Shown here one piece after another: positions 1-9,406 of a stretch of DNA of 64,000 bases (position 1 is its first letter; the number at the start of each line of letters is the position of its first letter). Origin of the DNA: Thermoanaerobaculia bacterium. GTDB taxonomy: Bacteria > Acidobacteriota > Thermoanaerobaculia > Multivoradales > JAIOJS01. The notes under the pieces are model-generated. The model searched no databases and was not told where the DNA came from. It was given only the letters and a program-made list of their open reading frames with translations. Position numbers and translations under genes: made by a program. Location of the stretch: contig CAWINM010000002.1 of the NCBI GenBank assembly GCA_963837455.1, forward strand, positions 129,359 to 193,358. The letters run 5' to 3'.

Positions 1-476
1 GCGCATCGACGCGCCGCAGTAGGGGCAGAGCAGCGGATCGATCTCGTAGACCTTGCGGATCAGCTGCGACCAAGTCAGGCGCCGCTGCCTGCCTTCGCCG
101 TCAGCTGGATCCCTGCTCGCGCGGGGCTCGGCGCTCGATTCGCCCTGCTGTCGTAGCCGTCGGCCCCGCGCCCCGTTGCTGTACCAGCCCCAGTAGCGCA
201 GGAGCTGCTGGCCCGGGTCGGGCACGTGATCGAGCACGCGAGCGAGAAATTCGAGGATGTCCCATCGAGCCACCGACTCGCCCCGGCCATCGCGATGCCC
301 GGGCCGGGCGCGGTAGACGACCTCGCCGGAGGCTTTGTCCCAGGCCAGCCGCTCGAGCACGAGCGGGCAGCGGATGCCGTAACGGCCGAGCCGAACGGCT
401 TCGGGGCGGGATTCGACGGGTGCGCCGGCGTGGGCCGAGAATCCGCTGTGGCGCCACGAGAGAAGGTTGGCGACGA
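1..476 (-). mobile_element. IS91-family transposase fragment (copy 1), running off the window edge
   Basis: Minus strand encodes LERLAWD..GEVVY, HVPDPGQQLLRYWGWYSN and WSQLIRKVYEIDPLLCPYCG. Near-identical and colinear with 19177-19652. Confidence 0.85.
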
Positions 477-533
477 GATGGCGATCGCCCGCCCCGCGTC
501 TACAATCTTCGGCGCAGCTTGGCCGAGGCCGCC

Positions 534-1667
534 ATGCCGAACCGTCCGAGAGCTCACCGCGCTCTCCTGCTGGTCGTCTTCGTCGCGCTGTTCGCGAGCG
601 TCGCGCCGCAGGCACTCGCTCAGTCGCAACTGGTCGACGTGACGATCCATTCGCCCGGCCTCGAGCGGAACCTGCTCGGCGACCCGGCCGACCAACCGGC
701 GACCATCTACCTTCCGGCCGCGTATTGGACCGAGCCCGGGCGGCGCTTCGCGACCCTCTACTTCCTGCACGGCTTCGCCGACACGCGCTCCACGCACGCC
801 AAAGCCGCGCCGATCGCCCGCGCCATGGACGAGCTGATCGGGAAGCACGCGGTCGAGCCGATGATCGTGGTCGTGCCCAACGGCGCCAACAAGCTGTTCG
901 GCTCGTTCTGGACGAACTCCGAGGCGACCGGCAACTGGGCGGATTTCGTCGATCGCGACCTGGTCGGCTACGTCGACGGCCACTACCGCACACTCGCGTC
1001 GCCCGACACCCGCGGACTGGTCGGCCACTCCATGGGCGGCTACGGGGCGCTGATGATCGCTTTCGAGCACCCCGACGTCTTCGGCTACGTCTACGCGCTC
1101 AGCCCCTGCTGCACCGCAATGGAGGGAGATTTCGGGCCGAGCAATCCGGCGTGGGGGCGTACCGCCGCGCTCACTTCGCCCGAGGAGGTCGCCGCCGCGC
1201 TCGCGCGGGGCGATTTCTACGAGGTCGCCGACGTCGCGATCGAAGCGGCGCTCGCTCCCGACCTCGCGAGACCGCTCTTCGGCGACTCACCGTTTCGCAT
1301 GGAGGGCGCGCACCTCGCGCCGGACCCGGCCGTCTATCCGCGCTTTCAGGCGCGAATTCCGGCCACCGCGATTCCGTCGCTGCTGAAATCGATCTTCCTG
1401 CTGAAAGGCATCTTCATCGACTACGGCGCTGAGGACGACTTCTCGCACATCCCCCTCGGAGCGCGGGCGGTCTCGCGGGAGCTGTCGGACGCCGGCGTGC
1501 CGCACACTCTCGTCGTCTACGCAGGGAATCACGTCGACCACGTCCAGGAGCGCCTCGAGACCAGCGCGCTGCCCTGGTTCTCGAAGCAGCTCCGGCACGG
1601 AGCCTCGTCTGAACGACGCCGAGACGGCACCGGGACGCCGCCGGCCCGGTCGGAATCGAGCGCGTAG
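534..1667 (+). CDS. Secreted putative esterase (alpha/beta hydrolase)
   Basis: Signal peptide, YFLHG, nucleophile elbow GHSMGG, C-terminal GNH. ATG at 534 chosen over the ORF-track start at 420, which lies in the IS remnant. Confidence 0.85.
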   Translation: MPNRPRAHRALLLVVFVALFASVAPQALAQSQLVDVTIHSPGLERNLLGDPADQPATIYLPAAYWTEPGRRFATLYFLHGFADTRSTHAKAAPIARAMDELIGKHAVEPMIVVVPNGANKLFGSFWTNSEATGNWADFVDRDLVGYVDGHYRTLASPDTRGLVGHSMGGYGALMIAFEHPDVFGYVYALSPCCTAMEGDFGPSNPAWGRTAALTSPEEVAAALARGDFYEVADVAIEAALAPDLARPLFGDSPFRMEGAHLAPDPAVYPRFQARIPATAIPSLLKSIFLLKGIFIDYGAEDDFSHIPLGARAVSRELSDAGVPHTLVVYAGNHVDHVQERLETSALPWFSKQLRHGASSERRRDGTGTPPARSESSA

Positions 1668-1707
1668 CGAAAGGCGCGAAGCGTCTGCTGGGAGCTCGCG
1701 TCCTCTC

Positions 1708-2199
1708 TCAGTTGGTCGGCTTCGCGGCTTCTGGAATCTCGCTGGCATGGGACAGAACCAGTTGCCAACGGCCGTCGCGATAGACATAGACACGACTCAC
1801 CGAAAAGCGTCCGCTCAGATCGACGCTCGCGGTCGGACTGGGCTTGTAGACCGCATCGACCCATTCGACCGCGCCGATGAGCGTGGCGACATCGCCGTAG
1901 CGGTGCACGGTCACGTCGTAGATCCTTCCCGAGCCGAGAGAGAAGGTTCCCGGCTCGTAGAAGTCGAGCTCCTGTTGCCGAGTCGTTCTCGCGCCACGCA
2001 AATTGGTGTGGACATATTCCGTTGCGAACTGCCGCTCGAGGACCTCGCGATTGCCGGCGACGTAGGCGTCCTGCCGCTGCTGTTCGAGTTGCAGCAGCGT
2101 CGTCTCGAGCGAGGCGTCATCCGCCTCGGGCGCGGCGACGGCGCTGGCGCAGACAAGCACGGCCGACAGGCAGGCAATTGCAGCGCACCGTCCTTTCAT
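1708..2199 (-). CDS. Secreted NTF2-like / DUF4440 protein
   Basis: Signal peptide MKGRCAAIACL; VHRYGDVA and SRVYVYRDGRWQLVLSHAS. Confidence 0.8.
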   Translation of the reverse strand: MKGRCAAIACLSAVLVCASAVAAPEADDASLETTLLQLEQQRQDAYVAGNREVLERQFATEYVHTNLRGARTTRQQELDFYEPGTFSLGSGRIYDVTVHRYGDVATLIGAVEWVDAVYKPSPTASVDLSGRFSVSRVYVYRDGRWQLVLSHASEIPEAAKPTN

Positions 2200-2312
2200 G
2201 GTTCGCTCCCGTTTGGTTGAGAGTTTGCAGAAACTTGCCGATCGCCGAGCGGCAGGCCCTCGAGCGTCGGCAGGTCGAGGACGAGCCGCGAGTCCGCACG
2301 ACAACCCGCGGG

Positions 2313-3248
2313 TTAGCGAGCGATCGAGTCGACGAATGCCGACACGAGCTCGAAGAACCGACGTGGCTGGTCGAGGAAGACGGCGTGCCCGGAGTCCCCG
2401 ACGACCTCGAGGCGCGCGCAGCGGATCCGCCGCGCCATCGCACGCTGGGCGTCGAGCTCGTCCGAACCAGCGGCGGCGATGATCAGGGTGGGGCGGTCGA
2501 AACGGGAAAGCGCAGCGCTCCGGTCGCGGGCGACGAAATCCATCAGCAGCATCGAGACGCCGAGATCGGGGGGTGTACGCAGCGCGATGTCGACCAGCTC
2601 GGGGATCCGCTGACGACCGTCTGGAGATCGAATGATCGCTTCCATCATCCCCTCCAGGTATGCACGCGGCTGCGCTTCGTACAGCGAGAGCCGCGAGAGT
2701 AGCTGTTCGAGCTCGTCGGGCCGATTTCCGAAGGCCGCCGGGCCGGACGCCACCGGCGCGTCGACGAGGACGTACCCGACCACGTCCGCGCCCGAGAACT
2801 CAGCGGCGTAAGCGGCGACGTCCTGCACGCCTTGCGACCAGCCGACGAGCACGACCTCGTGGAGGTCGAGCGACCGCACCACCGCTCGCAGATCGCGTGC
2901 GCGTTGTTCCGGACTGTTGCCGGCCGTCGTGACGGTGGACTCCCCCTGCGATCGCGGGTCGATGGCCACCACCCGCAGGCGCACGGAGAGCGCGGCGATC
3001 GAATCGCGCCAGATGGCGCTCGAGCTGCCCCAGCCCGGTACGAGCAGCAGGGTGGGCCGCGCGTCCCGCGCTCCCGCAGCGAGATAGTGGATCCGGACAC
3101 CGTCTCCAACGTCAACCGTTCCGGCTTCGGGTCGAGGCTCGGCCGGTGCGGCATGCGAGGCGAAGGCGAGGCTCATGGCGGCAAGTGCGAGCGTCGCGAG
3201 CCGACAGGAGAGTCCGGGAGACGAGCTCGATCTCGAGAGTCGTGGCAT
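2313..3248 (-). CDS. Secreted alpha/beta hydrolase
   Basis: LLLVPGW, DPRSQGES, GWSQG nucleophile, SGHAVF. Start approximate. Confidence 0.85.
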   Translation of the reverse strand: MPRLSRSSSSPGLSCRLATLALAAMSLAFASHAAPAEPRPEAGTVDVGDGVRIHYLAAGARDARPTLLLVPGWGSSSAIWRDSIAALSVRLRVVAIDPRSQGESTVTTAGNSPEQRARDLRAVVRSLDLHEVVLVGWSQGVQDVAAYAAEFSGADVVGYVLVDAPVASGPAAFGNRPDELEQLLSRLSLYEAQPRAYLEGMMEAIIRSPDGRQRIPELVDIALRTPPDLGVSMLLMDFVARDRSAALSRFDRPTLIIAAAGSDELDAQRAMARRIRCARLEVVGDSGHAVFLDQPRRFFELVSAFVDSIAR

Positions 3249-3640
3249 GCCGCTCCATACGCGCACCAGGCGCCGCAGGTTTCCTCGGCTTCGACTTTCG
3301 GTACGAACGAACCGTGACGAGGTGCGAATGCCCCGCGCCCCGCGCGTCGCGATGCAATGAAGCCGCATTGGTTCAAGGGGCTGTCGTCTTTGGTGCCCCG
3401 AATCCCGTCAGCGCCGGCGAGGATCTCCGTCACAAACCCGGCGTCGGTGAAGCTCGTGTGCTGGCCACTGGACCTACCCGGAAGTCATGGAATCGACAAG
3501 CCCGGGAGGGCTCGGAAGAGTCCCTGGGGCAGCGGCAGCCGCCTCCTCTTTGGAGGCCCGCGAGTTGGAGGCAACCCCACCTTTCAGACACAATCCGGGA
3601 ATCCTAGCCAGCGGAGGGGATGCCCTCCCGGAACTTCAAA

Positions 3641-5884
3641 ATGAAGGGTGAACCCAAGCTCGGCCAGATTCTTCGGGGCCCCCTCTTCTCAGAGGCTGTC
3701 CGAGTAGAGACTGTCGAGAACGGCGGGCCTGGCCGCTGGACTCTCGGCGTCGTCGGCACTCGCTCTGAGCGGTTCCGACGGATCACTGTCGGCCCATCCG
3801 AGCTCGAACACCTTGCTGTCATCGACCGCGCCCCCTCGTTCGACGGCGACGGCAAGCTGCTTCGCCTCGGCCTTCAGGCCTACGCCCTGGGCATCGCCTA
3901 CGAGTTCGACCCCTACTTCGGGCTGTCGATCTCCCGCGTCGACCCGCTTCCCCACCAGCTCGAGGCGGTCTACGACCATCTCCTCAAGCTCGCGCGCGTC
4001 CGCTTCCTCCTCGCCGACGACGCGGGTGCCGGCAAGACCATCATGGCGGGCCTGTTGATCCGCGAGCTCGAGCTGCGCGGCCTGGCCGAGCGGATCCTCA
4101 TCGTCTGCCCCGCGAACCTGACCTTCCAGTGGCAGCGCGAGCTGCGCGAGAAGTTCGAGACCAGGTTCGAGGTGATGAAGGGAGCTGACATCAAGCTTCA
4201 GTACGGTGTGAACCCGTGGCAGGAGCGGCGGCGGATCATCACGTCGCTCGACCTTGCCAAACGCCAGGACATCCTGCCTGGCCTGCAGCAGACCCGCTGG
4301 GACGTTGTCATCGTGGACGAGGCGCATCGCATGTCGTGGTCGCCTCCCAGCAAGAAGACGGCTCGCTATGCCCTGGGCGAGCTGCTGCGCGACAGCTCCG
4401 ACCACATCCTGCTGCTCACTGCCACGCCGCACAAGGGAGACCCCGAGAACTTCTCGCTCTTTCTCCAGCTCCTCGACCGCGACGCGTTTGCCGACGTCAA
4501 GTCCATCCGCCACGCCATGGAGAGGCGCCGAGCGCCCTTCTACCTGCGCCGTACCAAGGAGGCGATGACGTACTTCCCACAGCGCCAGCCGGATGGCTCG
4601 TGGGCGGCGCGCAAGATCTTCACCAAGCGCATCCCGCGCACCATCGACTTTGCCATCGACGGCGACGAGCTCGCTCTCTACCAGGACATCAGCCGCTTCG
4701 TGAAGCGTCAGAGCCGGCGCGCCGCCGAGGCCGGGGACGATCGCCGGGCGCGGGCCATTGGCTTCCTCATGGCGCTCTACCAGCGGCGCCTCGCGTCGAG
4801 CACCCACGCGATGCGCCGCTCGCTCGAGAAACGGGCGCGCCGACTGGCGGAGGCCCTCAAGAACGCCCAGGAGCTCGCGCGCGATGCCCCAGAGCTGCCC
4901 TCCGCGGAAGAGATCGAGGAAATGGAGGAGGGGGACCGCCAGCGGCTCGAGGAGCTGCTGGAGGCGGTCACCTTGGCCCAGTCGGCCGAGGACGTCCGCG
5001 AGGAGATCGCGGAGCTCGAAGACCACGCAGCGCGGGCAAAGGCGGTGGAAGACGCCGACAGCGAGGCGAAGCTCTCGCGCCTCAAGGGCCTGCTGCAGCA
5101 GGAGGGCTTCTTCGACCAACCCGACCGCCGGCTACTGGTCTTCAGCGAGTTCAAGGACACCCTCGACTATCTGGTGGGCAAGCTCGAGGAGGACGCTCGG
5201 CTCACCGCACTCTTCCTCTGGACCCTGCAAAGCACGAACGGCAGCAACGGCGGGCCTGCCGCCAGGGGCGCGCGGCAACGGGCCGACGAGGGCGCGGAGG
5301 CCGGCGAAGACGACCAGACCGAGGGCGATGACGAAGGGGAGGAGACGCCCTCGCGCAAGCCGCGCAAGAAGGGCTTCACCCTCGTCTACGACGTCGTCCG
5401 CCGCTTCGCGCAACCCCTGGGTATTCACCTCGACGAATGGGAAGGCCGCGTCATCGAGACCGAGAAAGGCGTGGTCCGTCTCATCCCCGTCCGCGAGCGC
5501 GCCCGCCAGCTCTTCGGCGAGGATGACGCGGCAGCCGTCGCGCAGCGCATCGAGACCTCGGGCGGCCAGGACGTGCAGCTCTCCCTGTTTCCCGAGGATG
5601 CACCCGAGGCCGCTGCACCGGGCGGTGGCCGTGGTCGCCGCCGCGCCACGGCCGCCCGCTCCGAGCTGGGCGGCCGGCGGGAGCCGACCACCCTCGACCG
5701 CGTCCACGCCGCCATGCTCCTCCAGGCCTCCGGGCAGGCGCACGCCCTGCGCACCCTGCTGCGCGCCGAGGTCGAGCGCGGCCCCGCGTTCCTGCGCCTC
5801 GCCGACGCCCTCTCCGCCCTCTACCCCGACGGCAGCGAGGAGGAGCGTCTCGTCGACGCCATGTTGCTGGCTGCACCTCGCTGA
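3641..5884 (+). pseudogene. Chimera: SNF2-family helicase N-terminal part fused in frame to a probable DUF1156 DNA methylase C-terminal tail
   Basis: Helicase motifs I (LLADDAGAGKT), II (DEAH), III (TATP) and IV (LVFSEFKDTLDYL) present; V and VI absent. After about 5185 the sequence (EEDARLTALFLWTLQ...TTLDRVHAAMLLQ...ALSALYP) resembles DUF1156 methylase C-termini as I recall them. Confidence 0.7.
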
Positions 5885-5897
5885 GGGCTGGCGACCC

Positions 5898-6164
5898 ATG
5901 AGCGAGCTAGACTCTGAAGACCGAGAGGACGTCATGGAAATCTTTCCCGGCATCACCATGGATCCGCGAGTCCGCTTCGGCAAGCCCTGCCTCACCGGCA
6001 CGCGCCTGGACGCCGCGTCGATCGTGGCCGCGCTCGGCGCGGGTGACGCACCCGAGCGGGTGGAAGAGGAGCTGGGGATCACCCACGAGCAGCTGCTGAC
6101 CGCCATGCGGTACGCCGCTCACGTGGCAGCCCATACCCCGCCGGCCGTAGCCAAGGCGTCGTGA
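5898..6164 (+). CDS. DUF433 antitoxin
   Basis: ITMDPRVRFGKPCLTGTR...TAMRYAA. Stop overlaps the start of the PIN gene (GTGA). Alternative start at 5934. Confidence 0.85.
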   Translation: MSELDSEDREDVMEIFPGITMDPRVRFGKPCLTGTRLDAASIVAALGAGDAPERVEEELGITHEQLLTAMRYAAHVAAHTPPAVAKAS

Positions 6165-6535
6165 GGATCCTGCTCGACGAGAACTTCCCCCTCGTGCTGA
6201 TGGGGCGGTTGCGGTCGCTCGGGTTCGCCGCGGACCACATCGTTGCGATGGGCGAGCGGGGGCTTCCCGATTCCGCGATCCGCGAGCGTCTCGAGACCGA
6301 GCCCGACTTCGTCTTCGTGACCCAGGACGTCGAGTTCGAGGAGTGGGACTTCCCCTGCCGGGGAATCGTCGTGGTCTCGCACGTCCGGCAGGGGCTGCCG
6401 ATCGAGGACCGCGTCGGGATCTGGACCCGCGCCCTGCTCACCCTCGACGTCCAGCCCGCGGATGTCAGGCTGTTCGAGCTCTGGGAGCCGGGGACGCTCG
6501 CTCCGATAACCATTCACCGGGCGCCCGAGGGCTGA
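6161..6535 (+). CDS. DUF5615 PIN-like toxin
   Basis: MRILLDENFP, GLPDSAI, FVTQDVEF acidic PIN residues; coupled to DUF433. Confidence 0.85.
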   Translation: MRILLDENFPLVLMGRLRSLGFAADHIVAMGERGLPDSAIRERLETEPDFVFVTQDVEFEEWDFPCRGIVVVSHVRQGLPIEDRVGIWTRALLTLDVQPADVRLFELWEPGTLAPITIHRAPEG

Positions 6536-6537
6536 CC

Positions 6538-9333
6538 ATGGATCCCTGGCACGTCGTCGTTCAGGCGCGGGAGGAGGTCCGGCAGGGGCGCTCGTTCAAC
6601 CCCGACGAGTTCGCCATCCACCTCGAGCAGGTGGTCTCCGGGCGCGCGCCCGCCGACTATCGCGACCCCGAGAAGTTCTTCGCGCGCACCTCCTTGACGC
6701 GAGCGCTGCGGGAGCATGCGGGCATGGTCCTGCGGCGACTCGCCGGGCAGACCACCAGCACGGCACCCGTGCTCACCCTCGTCACCCAGTTCGGCGGCGG
6801 CAAGACGCACACCTTGACCGCCCTCTACCACCTGGCGACCTCTGCCGGTCGAGCTGGCAGCTTCGACGGCGTGCCGGAGCTCCTCGCCTCGGCGCAGCTC
6901 CCGGCCGTCCCCGAAGCGCGGGTGGCGGTCTTCGTCGGCAACGCCTGGGACCCGCAGGAGGGGCGCGAGACGCCCTGGATCGACGTGGCGCGCAGCCTCG
7001 CGGGCGAGCAGGGCGTGGCCCTGCTCGGGCCCGCCGCCCGCACGACCCCTCCTGGCACCGAGACCCTGGGCAAGGTGTTCGCCGCGGCGGGGAAGCCCGT
7101 GCTGGTGCTCTTCGACGAGGTGCTCAACCTGATCAACCGGCACCGCGGTCTGGCCGAGCCGTTCCACGCCTTCATCCAGAACCTGACGGTGGCGATGACC
7201 GGGACCACCCACGGCGCAGCGGTGATCAGCCTGCCGCGCAGCCAGGTCGAGATGACCGACTGGGACATCCAGTGGCAAGAGCGCATCACCAAGGTGGTCA
7301 AGCGCGTCGCCAAGGACCTGATCGCCAACGACGAAGCCGAGATCGGCGAGGTGGTCCGCCGCCGGCTCTTCGAGGGGCTGGGCGACGAGCGCGCGCGGCG
7401 GCGGGTCGCCAAGGGATATGCCGACTGGTGCTTCGAGCGGCGCAGCGAGCTGCCACCTGAATGGACCGCCGTCGATTCGGCGGCCACCGAGGCCAAGGCC
7501 AGGCAGTTCCTGCAGGGCCGCTTCGAGGCCAGCTATCCGTTCCATCCGGCGACGCTGTCGGTGTTCCAGCGCAAGTGGCAGGCGCTGCCCCAGTACCAGC
7601 AGACGCGCGGCACCCTGGCGATGCTCGCGCAGTGGGTGTCGCGTGCGCTCGAGGACGCCTACCAGCAAGCGCGCCGCGATCCACTCATCGCCCTGGGGAG
7701 CGGACCGCTCGAGAGCCACGGCTTCCGCAACGTGGTGCTCGGTCAGCTGGGCGAGCCGCGGCTCTCGACCGCGATCGACAGCGACATCGCCGGCCCGCTC
7801 TCGCACGCGCGCGCGCTGGACGCGGACACGCGCGGTGCGCTCAAGGGTATCCACCGCCGCGTGGGAACTGCCATCTTCTTCGAGTCCTCCGGGGGCCTCA
7901 AGGACAAGGTCGCTCACTCGCCCGAGCTGCGCTTCGCCGTCGGCGGCCCTGACGTCGATACCACTTCGGTCGACACGGCTGCGTTCGAGCTGGAGGCTCG
8001 GGCGTACCACATCCGGAAGGTGGGGACCGACGGCTTCCAGATCCAGCAACGGGCGCGCTTGCGCAAGGTCGTCAGCGACCGCCGGGCCTCGCTCGACGAC
8101 GAGAGCGAGGTGGTCCCGGCAACGCTGGGGCTCGTGCGGTCGGTGTTCGAGAGGCGCGACAAGCCCGACGACGCGCGCCGAGCATTCGGCTGGCAGGCGT
8201 TCCCTGGCGACAGCACCGACATTCCCGACTCGCCGCGCTTGACGGTGATCGCCCTCGATCCGGCCTGGGAGTGGTCGGGCAAGAGCGGCGTACGCGAGCG
8301 TCTGGCGGAGTGGACCCGCAACCGAGGGAGCAGCCCACGCCTCTACCCCGGCGCGCTGGTGTGGAGCGCCAAGAAGCCCGGCCGCGAGCTGCGCGAGAAG
8401 GTGGAGCACTGGCTCGCGTGGAAGCGGGTCAAGCGCGAGATCGAGGAGGGTACGCTGGGGGCCGACTTCGACCCCACCGAGCTGCGCACCGTGCAAACCC
8501 AGGTCCGAGAGGCCGAGGAGGCTGCGCGCGACGAGGTTTGGGCTGGATATCGGTTCGTCGTGCTCTTTGATCCGCAGGAGAGCGACGGGCTACGCGAGAT
8601 CAATCTCGGTGCCGGCCACGCGAGCGGCCCAGGTGAGACGCTCGCCGAGCGCGTCGTCGCTCACCTCAAGACCCAGGCCCTTCTCAATGAGGCCCCCGGC
8701 GCTGCTTACCTCGAACGAAAATGGCCGTTGCCGTTCCGAGAGTCCGGGGCGTGGCCGCTCCAGGCGCTACGGCAGGCGTTCCTCAACGGAGCGCTCGATC
8801 GCGTGGTCGATCCCGACGCATATCTCAGGGGGCGGATCCCGCAGTTCGTCGCCAACGGCGACCTGGGGCTGGCATCTGGTCCACGACCAGACGGAACCTA
8901 CGAGAGAGTGTGGTTCGAAGAGGGCGTGGACTCGGGAGACGTGGTCTTCGAGCCGGGCGTCTTCCTGCTCAAGCGGGCGACAGCTCAGTCGCTGAAGAAG
9001 CCACGAGAAGAGGCGGAAGCGGCGTCTCCGCTTCCAAGCGCCAGCCCAGACGGGACGTCGTCTCAACCAACACTCCCGATCCCGCCGCCCGTGAGGCCGC
9101 CCGGAGAGCGCATCGTGCGTTTGAGCGGCCAGGTGCCCTCGGAGCTCTGGAACAAGATCGGGCTCAGCATCGTCACCAAGCTCAAGGGCGCCGGCAAGGT
9201 GTCCATCGGAGTCGACCTGGAGGTCGTGGTCTCGGGCGAACGGGTCGCCAGCTTGGAGGCCGAGCTGCGACAGGTGCTCGAGGATTCTGAACCTTGGCCA
9301 CTCCTTGTTTCTCGAGGATCGCGGCAAGGCTGA
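6538..9333 (+). CDS. DUF499 AAA+ ATPase
   Basis: EFAIHL, Walker A TQFGGGKTH, Walker B LVLFDE, SYPFHP, YQQTRGTL. Possible 1-nt indel near 9286 alters the last residues. Confidence 0.9.
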   Translation: MDPWHVVVQAREEVRQGRSFNPDEFAIHLEQVVSGRAPADYRDPEKFFARTSLTRALREHAGMVLRRLAGQTTSTAPVLTLVTQFGGGKTHTLTALYHLATSAGRAGSFDGVPELLASAQLPAVPEARVAVFVGNAWDPQEGRETPWIDVARSLAGEQGVALLGPAARTTPPGTETLGKVFAAAGKPVLVLFDEVLNLINRHRGLAEPFHAFIQNLTVAMTGTTHGAAVISLPRSQVEMTDWDIQWQERITKVVKRVAKDLIANDEAEIGEVVRRRLFEGLGDERARRRVAKGYADWCFERRSELPPEWTAVDSAATEAKARQFLQGRFEASYPFHPATLSVFQRKWQALPQYQQTRGTLAMLAQWVSRALEDAYQQARRDPLIALGSGPLESHGFRNVVLGQLGEPRLSTAIDSDIAGPLSHARALDADTRGALKGIHRRVGTAIFFESSGGLKDKVAHSPELRFAVGGPDVDTTSVDTAAFELEARAYHIRKVGTDGFQIQQRARLRKVVSDRRASLDDESEVVPATLGLVRSVFERRDKPDDARRAFGWQAFPGDSTDIPDSPRLTVIALDPAWEWSGKSGVRERLAEWTRNRGSSPRLYPGALVWSAKKPGRELREKVEHWLAWKRVKREIEEGTLGADFDPTELRTVQTQVREAEEAARDEVWAGYRFVVLFDPQESDGLREINLGAGHASGPGETLAERVVAHLKTQALLNEAPGAAYLERKWPLPFRESGAWPLQALRQAFLNGALDRVVDPDAYLRGRIPQFVANGDLGLASGPRPDGTYERVWFEEGVDSGDVVFEPGVFLLKRATAQSLKKPREEAEAASPLPSASPDGTSSQPTLPIPPPVRPPGERIVRLSGQVPSELWNKIGLSIVTKLKGAGKVSIGVDLEVVVSGERVASLEAELRQVLEDSEPWPLLVSRGSRQG

Positions 9334-9406
9334 TGGGTAGGGGTGGAGTGCCCCTGCGACCCTGTACCCCCGTTAGTCCTCGCATTGCGGAGAAAGGACG
9401 GGCCGG

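Noticed and set aside
3390-3410. tRNA 3'-end/att-like TGGTGCCCC before the defence locus
   Set aside because: No T-loop sequence follows and no second copy was found.
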